Positions 56,239-64,000 of a stretch of 64,000 bases of DNA are shown piece after piece (positions within the stretch are counted from its first letter, which is position 1; each line of letters opens with the position of its first letter). The position numbers were made by a program, and so were the translations under genes. Source of the stretch: a bacterium (lineage in GTDB: Bacteria > Patescibacteriota > JABMPQ01 > JBDRIV01); NCBI GenBank assembly GCA_043815505.1, contig JBDRIV010000004.1, forward strand, positions 186,051 through 250,050. The letters run 5' to 3'. The notes below the pieces were generated by a model. The model was given only the letters and a program-made list of their open reading frames with translations, ran no database searches and was not told the origin of the DNA.

Positions 56239-59200
56239 TTATGTGTTCAGTAGCGATACAATGTCTTTGATTATTATTCCCTTGTCATTCCTCTGATTCG
56301 TCCAATCTGAATATTTTATTCTATAAAAGTCCCACCCAGCAACCTCTAATCTTTCCTGTCTATCAAGGTCATTCTGTACATATATTGATAATTCATCGTC
56401 AAGTTCATCTTTGAAATGAGTTGGGCCATCACATTCAAAAGCGATTTTTTGACCATTGCTCTTATTATGTATCACGAAGTCAATTATATAACCACAACTG
56501 TTAACCTGGCTACGAATAGAGTAATCTTTGCCAAGCTCACTTCTCAAATAATCGTATACATTCTCTTCGAATTTATTTGTACATTTTATTTTCTCGTTAG
56601 TGAGATCGCCAATCTCTCCATTTTTATTAACATATTCTAAATATCTTTTTATCCAAATACCGCCAGGAATCTCAGAAATCGGCATACTTATAAAGCAATG
56701 AACCTGCTTTTTAGCTCTAGAGAAAGCAACATTTACTCGTCCCGTATTTATTGCTCCTTGAATATCTCCGCCCTCTCCAGTTAATGGTACGTATTTTCGT
56801 TTATCTTCTTTATTTTTTATTACAAATGAATAAAGAACTATGTCCTTCTCATCACCTTGAATTCCCTCAATTATACTTATTTTATAATTATCCTCTTCTT
56901 CTTTGTATCCTGCTTCTTCAAATACTTCTCTAATGTAAGATGCCTGTGCGTTAAAGAATGTTAAAATCCCAACAGACATCTCTGAGCACCGTTTTTCTTT
57001 TCTAATTTCTCCAAAATATTTAAGTATTGCTTTTGCTTCACTAACATTTATCTTGTCTGAAATCTCCTCACTTAAATCTACCTCTACTTGATTAATGGTC
57101 ATTATTCTGTTTGTATTCTTGTATGTTATATAGTTATCGTTTACAACTACCAGACCTTTGTTTTTTGGTTTATAGAAATACTTATTACTAAAACCTATTA
57201 ATTCTCTAGGTGACCTATAATGATATCTGAGAGATATCATTTGAGTTCCCCTTAATTCCGAAATATCAAGCACAGATTGCACCGCATCACCAGTTGCTTT
57301 AATTTTTAGTTCGTCAGGAATATTATATTTTTTAGCCAACTCATCAAAAAACTTATTTGATTTAAACCGTGTAGTACCATCTTTCATTTGCTCACTATCA
57401 CCAACGAATATAACCTTTTTCCCCCTAAACATTGAGGGTAATGTGTATGCTATATTGCATTCGGAAGCTTCGTCAAGTATTACAATATCAAAAATATTGG
57501 GGTCCAGTGGAATAAGACGACTCGCATCATCTAGTTCCATAACCCAAGTAGGTATAAGATCAACTATTGTTCTAAAATTTTCTGGGTTCTTCCTGAGGTC
57601 ATCAAAGGTTTTAAAGGCTCTTTTTGATTTTCTGAATGCTTTTGCTAATTTACTTATAATTGCTCTATTTTTTTGAATTTTCCACTTTTCAAACAATTTA
57701 TTATTAATAATATTTTGCAAATAGTTTGCAATATGATCATTCTTTCCCTTTCTTGCATTCTTAATCTTTTTGGAAATATCATTTATATTGAATCTTGTCG
57801 ATTTCTCCAATTCTCTTCTTTGCTTTTCTAATTTGTATACTTTAATAACATTATCTTTTGCGCTATCAAAATTCCTTTTTGACTTTTCAATAACTAGACT
57901 ATTAAACAGCTTGAAGCTATTTTCAGATAAGCCACAAGTCTCTAGACTCTTCTTTACTACTGTTTTTAATTCCTTAATTTTGTTTTTATTCTCGCAAAAT
58001 ACTAGATAGTTTTCTAACTCCATTAACTCAATTTCTTGTGATTTTCTTGAAGACTCTTTATTTAGTGCTTCATCAATATAGTCAATAATTTCCTTAGGTA
58101 GTTTTTCTCGTGTTCGTTTCAACCTTACTTTACGCTTAAGATTATTAAATGCTCTTATTATATTTGAATTTCTGTCGTAGCCAGTTTTATGTACATCACT
58201 TAAAATACTCTTAATGGCGACAGAGAAACCTTTTACTGTTAAATCATAGTTGTGAAATAATTCATCAAATTTATTCTTATGGCTAGAAGTATGATATTCT
58301 TCTCTCTCTTCTTGGATTCTATTGACTAATGTCCTATTATTGTTTATTTCTTTCCACATCTTCTCATCGAAAGTATCTGTGAGCTTAGATACATTTCTAA
58401 TTGGAACAATAAAACTCTCTAGATCACTAATTTTCTGAGATTTTGAGAAAATTTCTCTTTGGACCTCTACTACGCTATTAAACAGTTTTTTTAATTTATT
58501 TAGTTCTGTAGATTCTTTGTTAATTAGTTTTTTAGAATCATCGTGTAAATCATTCTTATTATACTCGATAAGTTTTTTTCTAATATCAGTATTAATTCCG
58601 ATGTTTTCCATATGTGCAGCTAAACTAGTTAGCATATTTGCCACACCATCTTTTTCATCAATTTCGTTAACCTGTGCTGAAGACAAATTTGGAATATAAC
58701 CAAAAAGGTATGCAACATTAAGTTCCTTTAGCTTGTCCTTCACTACTTTTACTGCTTGTGATTTTTGGCTCACAAATAACACTCTCTTTCCAGTAGCTGA
58801 ATAATGACATATGAGATTTGCTATTGTTTGAGATTTTCCAGTCCCAGGAGGACCCTGAATAATAGAAGCTTTGTTTTTTGATAAACCAAGAGATCTATAT
58901 TGTGACTCATCATAAGGAAATGGGAAATATACTTCCTTGTCGGTGACACTGTCACCAAAGCCATCGAATTCATCATCCCAATCCTCCGTCCAGCTGGATA
59001 AAGAGGTTTCATTAAGATCCTTTTCATCAACATTTATCATATTCTGGAGATCTTCAGCCAGGAAATAATTTGACTTTGAACTCAGTGCTATTTGCATTTC
59101 TTCTAATGAAAAGGATTTCTCATCATATATTGCTTCAGTTGTTTTTAGAAGTGCTTTTGTTTTATGCCATATATCAATAAATACTTTGTCATCTGTTATA

Positions 59201-59805
59201 GGTATATTAAGATCGCCCTTATCTTCAAGTATTTTTATTTCTTCAATCAATTGATAAAAAAGATTTTCACCTAACACATCCTCTAATAGACTGGTATTAA
59301 CTTGTACTTCCGTATTGCTTGTATATATATGGTACTTACCCCTAGATTTTTTTTCAATATGAATTGGCATAGAAAACAATGGAAACCTATCAACTCGTTT
59401 ACTAAAATCTTCTGGTAAATCATCATCCGTATCGTTCGTATCGTCATTTTCTAAAACTGGTAACTCAATTTCAAAGAAACCAAAGTTTAAGACTATTTGT
59501 TTTATATACTCATTATTACGATACTTGCTATATATATCCTCAACTTTACTTGCAATACTCTTCTCCTTCTCATATTGTTCTGAGTCTTTTTCAGTTACTT
59601 GTTTTGGATCGAGTGAATAAAAAATATCTAATTTTAGTAATTCTTCTAAATGACCGTCTGTATCACCATTTAGAAGTCCTATAAGTGACACTTGCTCTTC
59701 CGAAATAGACACAAAGTTTTTTCTTTGAGATGCAAAATTTCTCTGACGAGCTAACTTAACGTAATCAAGACAGTATTTGATATAGTTTTCAAGATTGTCA
59801 TTCAT
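56239..59805 (-). CDS. Upf1/DNA2-like superfamily-1 helicase (COG1112; AAA_11/AAA_12) fused to a C-terminal DUF559/Vsr-like endonuclease-fold domain, preceded by a ~300-aa N-terminal region
   Basis: Walker A 'IIQGPPGTGKSQT', Walker B 'IVILDEASEC', 'GDSEQM', 'IEGIQGDEKDIVLYSF', 'NVAFSRAKKQVHCF'. C-terminal 'IIDFVIHNKSNGQKIAFECDGPTHF...ERLEVAGWDFYRIKYSDW'. Confidence 0.8.
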   Translation of the reverse strand: MNDNLENYIKYCLDYVKLARQRNFASQRKNFVSISEEQVSLIGLLNGDTDGHLEELLKLDIFYSLDPKQVTEKDSEQYEKEKSIASKVEDIYSKYRNNEYIKQIVLNFGFFEIELPVLENDDTNDTDDDLPEDFSKRVDRFPLFSMPIHIEKKSRGKYHIYTSNTEVQVNTSLLEDVLGENLFYQLIEEIKILEDKGDLNIPITDDKVFIDIWHKTKALLKTTEAIYDEKSFSLEEMQIALSSKSNYFLAEDLQNMINVDEKDLNETSLSSWTEDWDDEFDGFGDSVTDKEVYFPFPYDESQYRSLGLSKNKASIIQGPPGTGKSQTIANLICHYSATGKRVLFVSQKSQAVKVVKDKLKELNVAYLFGYIPNLSSAQVNEIDEKDGVANMLTSLAAHMENIGINTDIRKKLIEYNKNDLHDDSKKLINKESTELNKLKKLFNSVVEVQREIFSKSQKISDLESFIVPIRNVSKLTDTFDEKMWKEINNNRTLVNRIQEEREEYHTSSHKNKFDELFHNYDLTVKGFSVAIKSILSDVHKTGYDRNSNIIRAFNNLKRKVRLKRTREKLPKEIIDYIDEALNKESSRKSQEIELMELENYLVFCENKNKIKELKTVVKKSLETCGLSENSFKLFNSLVIEKSKRNFDSAKDNVIKVYKLEKQRRELEKSTRFNINDISKKIKNARKGKNDHIANYLQNIINNKLFEKWKIQKNRAIISKLAKAFRKSKRAFKTFDDLRKNPENFRTIVDLIPTWVMELDDASRLIPLDPNIFDIVILDEASECNIAYTLPSMFRGKKVIFVGDSEQMKDGTTRFKSNKFFDELAKKYNIPDELKIKATGDAVQSVLDISELRGTQMISLRYHYRSPRELIGFSNKYFYKPKNKGLVVVNDNYITYKNTNRIMTINQVEVDLSEEISDKINVSEAKAILKYFGEIRKEKRCSEMSVGILTFFNAQASYIREVFEEAGYKEEEDNYKISIIEGIQGDEKDIVLYSFVIKNKEDKRKYVPLTGEGGDIQGAINTGRVNVAFSRAKKQVHCFISMPISEIPGGIWIKRYLEYVNKNGEIGDLTNEKIKCTNKFEENVYDYLRSELGKDYSIRSQVNSCGYIIDFVIHNKSNGQKIAFECDGPTHFKDELDDELSIYVQNDLDRQERLEVAGWDFYRIKYSDWTNQRNDKGIIIKDIVSLLNT

Positions 59806-59929
59806 ATTATTCTAGCATTTAATATCCTTTTGATTCATACTCTAAAATTACCACCAATTCATATATTGATCAAATGAAAAACGGGTGGAGCTTTTTAGGC
59901 TTCACCCGTGTTGTTTGTTGTAGGTATTC

Positions 59930-61477
59930 TTATTGCACGCCCATCACGATACAAGCATCTGTGTCTGTATCACCAGAGGGCGGATAAGGAGGTTGGTTAT
60001 ATGGTGAAGGTGTAATGTCTTCACCAAAAAGTGTGAACACATTGTTCCCAAACACACTGCCGGATCTCGGAAGAGTTGCGCTGAAATGATACGAGAAGTT
60101 GTTGAAGCTAGTGAGGGTTTTCGTACCCTGCTTCCAATTATCAAAAACCGTACCATTTGCCAAATCTACTCGTATTTTGGCATATACTGTTCGAGGTGAA
60201 TCGAAGTGCTTGGTGAGCAATACGTAGAAATCAACATTGAAAGGAAGGACCCCAGCTGGAGGTAGGCATTCGAGATTTACGGAGATTCTTTCTGTGCCAG
60301 GATTGAAAGTATCGAATACATAAGCTGACCCTGCAACGTTTATACTGGCACTATCTCGGTGAGCTCCAACAAGTGCATTATATCCATCAAGTGCTACTGC
60401 GGAGCCAAACCAAGCATCTTCAGTGAAGTCCGAAGGGATAAGTTTGTTTTCTTCAGTCCATTCTGTTCCATTCCGCTTGAACACATAGGCATCTTCATAG
60501 TGAGTTCCAATGACGATATAATCACCGTCAATAGATAAACTCCAACCGAAACTATCCCAATCCTGTCTATCAGAAGCCATTAATTCGGCTTCTTCCGTCC
60601 AGACAATGCCGTTTCTGTGGTAGACATATGCTGAACCTTTATAGCCATCGGTGCCTGTTGCTCCGATAACGGCGTAGTCACCATTTATGGAAACGACGTG
60701 TCCAAAGTAGTCATACGTCAGTCCATTAGATGCAGTAAGTTTTGCTTCCTCTGTCCAAGTTGAGCCTTCTCTGTGAAAGATGTAGGCTGAACCTGTGTAG
60801 GAATCATCTGCAACAGCACCGATAACTGCATAATCACCACATATGAACACTGATTGTCCAAAATGGTCATTTGCCACTCCGTCGCTTGCAAGAAGTTTCG
60901 TGTCTTCAGTCCAATCGACTCCGTCAAAACGGAAGATATAGGCTGAGCCTGAATCACCTCCGTTATCGTCGTCAACATAAGCTCCTAATACTGCATACTC
61001 GCCATCAAAATCAACGGAATACCCCAAAGAATCACCAGCTTCTCCGTCAGATGCAAAGAGCTTGGTGTCTTCAGTCCAAGTTATTCCATCTCTTTTAAAA
61101 ACATAGACGGCACCCGCATTAGTAGCAACGTCATCGTCGCCGTGTGTACCTATAAGAATGATGTCTCCATAAATGCTTACAGATGATCCGAAAACATCAT
61201 TTGCCTCACCAAAATTTGGTATAAGTTTTTGTTGTTGAATCCACAATCCATCTTCACGATGGAATACGTAAACTGAACCACCGTCCTGACCAATGTCATC
61301 ATCGTATGTGGCGCCTACTACAGCGTAATCGCCATCAATGTCAACGGAATAACCAAAGTAGTCACCCTCTTGTGCATCAAGAGCAGCCAATTTGGCTGTT
61401 TCGGAGATTTGTCCGTGAGCTACACTACAGCTCACAAAAAAGACTGCTATAAAAACCAAGAGTGCTTTCTTAAACAT
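59930..61477 (-). CDS. secreted FG-GAP / integrin-alpha-like beta-propeller repeat protein
   Basis: Signal peptide. Seven or more repeats of the form 'FG.SV.I.GDYAV(I/V)GA..DD....GSAY(V/I)F' that match the FG-GAP repeat. Confidence 0.7.
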   Translation of the reverse strand: MFKKALLVFIAVFFVSCSVAHGQISETAKLAALDAQEGDYFGYSVDIDGDYAVVGATYDDDIGQDGGSVYVFHREDGLWIQQQKLIPNFGEANDVFGSSVSIYGDIILIGTHGDDDVATNAGAVYVFKRDGITWTEDTKLFASDGEAGDSLGYSVDFDGEYAVLGAYVDDDNGGDSGSAYIFRFDGVDWTEDTKLLASDGVANDHFGQSVFICGDYAVIGAVADDSYTGSAYIFHREGSTWTEEAKLTASNGLTYDYFGHVVSINGDYAVIGATGTDGYKGSAYVYHRNGIVWTEEAELMASDRQDWDSFGWSLSIDGDYIVIGTHYEDAYVFKRNGTEWTEENKLIPSDFTEDAWFGSAVALDGYNALVGAHRDSASINVAGSAYVFDTFNPGTERISVNLECLPPAGVLPFNVDFYVLLTKHFDSPRTVYAKIRVDLANGTVFDNWKQGTKTLTSFNNFSYHFSATLPRSGSVFGNNVFTLFGEDITPSPYNQPPYPPSGDTDTDACIVMGVQ

Positions 61478-61922
61478 TTCAGGTCTCCTTTTCTTGTGTT
61501 TGCTTGAACTGGCGTTTCAATCAAATAAGCCCTTTTCTCCTTTCTGGATTTGGAGTTATGTCATTAACCAACCAATTGTAAAAGAGCGAATTACTTCAAA
61601 TCATAATACAACTAATCTAGTATCAAGTCAAAAAAACCGCCTATTATAACGGTTTTTGTTTACTCTTAAGATATAAATCATAAAAGTCTAACTTTGTGGC
61701 TTATCATAAATCAAAATAGTAGTTAAACTCAATTATTGTATAGTGCTACTAATTTATTAGTGTTTAAACTAGATGATTAGGGTTGATTTCGCGTGTTTAA
61801 ACACACAAAAAAATCAATTAATCTGATTCCCCATCTCACTCGGGGGAATTTTGATGAACTTGTAGTACAGGAGGTGCATGGGACCCATCCATATAAAACT
61901 CAACAAAAATGTAACTGAAAAT

Positions 61923-62741
61923 CTACCAATTAATACATTTATTATAGTAATCATCTTGTGCTTTGTCTGCATCTTTTCGAATTACTACAGCAGCTTTCTC
62001 TGGTATTCTAATTCTATCACGATCTCTCCAAGAAATTTTATCATTTACACAAAGTTGTATAAAACGCTCTTGACTACATTCATTTTCTAGTTCTTCTGTT
62101 GATTTATATAATTCAGGATAGTTTATGGGCATTTGCTCTTTAAAAGCAGCTAGTCTGTCTTCATATATACGATCTCCTGTTGCTTTTGCCTCATACTCAC
62201 AATTTGCAAATTTTAATGTCTGGTCCTCTTTTTCATTCGATTGTTCTGATACCTCATTATTAGTATCTGGTTTTACTTCTTTTTGAATAACGGCAGGGGC
62301 AGAATATGTTTGTGCTGAAACTTCTTTTTCTTCTTCAAATACACCTTTTAGAGTAAGAGTTTTTTCAACTACACTTTCATTGTATTCTGCAACAATTCTT
62401 ATATTGTTATCTCCATTTTCAAGTTCCAAAACCATTCCAAAATCACCACTTTCTGACACTCCTGACTGACTACCATTTATCTTCACAGTTGCGCTAGGTA
62501 TTGAAACGTTTCCTTTAATTTCAAATTCCTTTGTATGAATTTCGTCATAATCATTGGCATTTGATATCTCAAGTTTTAGCTCTTCAGTTTCATTATTCTC
62601 TCCATCAGCTTTTTCATTTTGTAAGCTATTTATGACAGAACCTTCTGTACTATTATCACTAAATTCGTTCCAACCATATACTGAAACTAAGGCAACCAAT
62701 ACTACTACGCCTACAATTATAGATATTGCTTTTTTGTTCAT
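61923..62741 (-). CDS. hypothetical signal-anchored protein
   Basis: N-terminal TM 'AISIIVGVVVLVALVSVYGW'. Confidence 0.5.
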   Translation of the reverse strand: MNKKAISIIVGVVVLVALVSVYGWNEFSDNSTEGSVINSLQNEKADGENNETEELKLEISNANDYDEIHTKEFEIKGNVSIPSATVKINGSQSGVSESGDFGMVLELENGDNNIRIVAEYNESVVEKTLTLKGVFEEEKEVSAQTYSAPAVIQKEVKPDTNNEVSEQSNEKEDQTLKFANCEYEAKATGDRIYEDRLAAFKEQMPINYPELYKSTEELENECSQERFIQLCVNDKISWRDRDRIRIPEKAAVVIRKDADKAQDDYYNKCINW

Positions 62742-62808
62742 TTTTTCGATTTATTAATTAACGTTTTACTATACTTTAGAATGCATTATTTTGCAACTAG
62801 TCACCAAT

Positions 62809-63324
62809 TTAGTAATTACGTTGTTCCCAATAATCAAAATCAATAGTATATGAATCGTCATTATCACAGTTTGGGTCCATATTAAGCAATCCTCTATAAT
62901 TATCATCATTCTCATTTACATATGCATATATAAATATTTTAGCACTTAAACTTTTTTTCTTGTCATAAACATCTTTGAGAACGGCCTCTATCTGTTTTTG
63001 AGTAGCACTTTCACTTACTATTAATCTGTATTCTATTCTTTTACATCCAACATATGATAAATCTGATTCACTATAAATATTATATTCTATTAGATTGTCA
63101 TCAATTGTATTATTATCGTCTTCTATTCCATTGATATTCTCATCATTCAGTTCAGTTTCAGTAATTGCTTTATTTTTAGTAGAAATATTTTCCGTATTTT
63201 GTTCACTATTTATATTTTCATTAGCTTCTTTACTTTTTTCATAATTATTTGATGCTACAATCCAATATATCATCCCTGAAATAATAATTATAAATATTAC
63301 TATTGTTATTATTACTTTTTTCAT
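62809..63324 (-). CDS. hypothetical signal-anchored protein
   Basis: N-terminal TM 'VIITIVIFIIIISGMIYWIV'. Confidence 0.5.
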   Translation of the reverse strand: MKKVIITIVIFIIIISGMIYWIVASNNYEKSKEANENINSEQNTENISTKNKAITETELNDENINGIEDDNNTIDDNLIEYNIYSESDLSYVGCKRIEYRLIVSESATQKQIEAVLKDVYDKKKSLSAKIFIYAYVNENDDNYRGLLNMDPNCDNDDSYTIDFDYWEQRNY

Positions 63325-63333
63325 AGTATTGAA

Positions 63334-64000
63334 TTAATTACATAAAGTTTCACAGGGTATACCGTCTTTATCATTATCTCTTATGCTACATCCACAAGTA
63401 TTGAGCTGATAATAGGCCTCATCACAAGATGTAATCTGAGTACAGGTTCTTGAACAGTCGCACGTGTATGTTGTTGTTGCTGGAGGAACAACTGGAATTG
63501 CCTTATCTTCTTGTGTTGTTTCATCAACCTTATCTTGAACAGGTGGAGTTGAAATTGGTTCAGGTTCGATAAGTTCTGTAGACCCATTACATGTATCTTC
63601 CGCCCACAAACCAATCTTAGACTCCCTGGCCTGCTTTTCGTATTCTTTGTATTTATCAGTCATCGATACAGGATATTTCAAATAAGCATAAGCATAACCT
63701 TGCTTAATCATTTCAGCTCCAATATCAGTATTATTAAGATAAACATATCTGAGCAATCTTCCATATCTGTCTTTGTCGCCTTGTGACAAATCAACTAACA
63801 AGATTACTTTTTTTCCATTCACATATTCAGTCATTTTCTTTGATGCTTCTTCTCCAAAACATTGAACTGGTTTTCTAGGGTCTTTAGTTTCTGGTGTGTC
63901 AATTCCAAGTATTCTGACTTTGTTGCCGTCCGAAAGTTTAATTGTGTCTCCATCAATTACTTCTGAAACAATTGCTTCAGAGCCCACAGGATTGATTATG
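63334..64000 (-). CDS. thermonuclease (staphylococcal-nuclease fold) with a C-terminal Cys-rich Excalibur-like Ca-binding domain; 5' end outside the window
   Basis: 'VIDGDTIKL...VRILGIDTPE...DRYGRLLRYVY...KIGLW' is the SNase pattern. The C-terminal 'DNDKDGIPCETLC' is an Excalibur motif. The frame stays open upstream of the track start up to the window edge. Confidence 0.7.
   Translation of the reverse strand, partial: IINPVGSEAIVSEVIDGDTIKLSDGNKVRILGIDTPETKDPRKPVQCFGEEASKKMTEYVNGKKVILLVDLSQGDKDRYGRLLRYVYLNNTDIGAEMIKQGYAYAYLKYPVSMTDKYKEYEKQARESKIGLWAEDTCNGSTELIEPEPISTPPVQDKVDETTQEDKAIPVVPPATTTYTCDCSRTCTQITSCDEAYYQLNTCGCSIRDNDKDGIPCETLCN

Overview
This is a low-GC (~33%), gene-dense window with most genes on the minus strand. 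It looks like a small-genome, CPR/Patescibacteria-like bacterium: many small membrane-anchored or secreted proteins, almost no biosynthesis genes, giant surface proteins, several ABC-2 exporters. That taxonomy is inferred, not shown. No rRNA, tRNA or CRISPR array was recognisable.

Confidently recognisable genes:
- TypA/BipA GTPase (18276-20057)
- DEAD-box RNA helicase (20062-21357)
- a heliorhodopsin (22697-23494)
- three ABC-2 permease + ATPase pairs, one preceded by an AbrB-type regulator
- a GC-rich B12-binding radical-SAM gene on the plus strand (11950-13866)
- a 3013-aa multidomain surface protein (34467-43508)
- a family of four secreted paralogs sharing a near-identical leader and 5' DNA
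- a DNPH1/Rcl-like deoxynucleotide N-hydrolase, a Upf1-like SF1 helicase fused to a DUF559 nuclease domain, and a staphylococcal-nuclease + Excalibur protein cut by the window edge

The most striking structure is a roughly 10-kb cassette array (46.6-56.2 kb). About 13 heterogeneous, largely orphan or defence-like genes are each separated by copies of a modular structured repeat. The repeat has a terminator hairpin, a ~65-nt B core and a 'cagtgtcg...gacgttgttagaacc' C module with an optional inserted palindrome. It resembles integron attC sites or a Correia-like MITE family, but no integrase is present in the window.

Two decayed genes are visible:
- a NUDIX hydrolase with an in-frame TAG plus a frameshift
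- a response-regulator receiver remnant

Two or three plausible small ORFs below the 60-aa track cutoff were also found.
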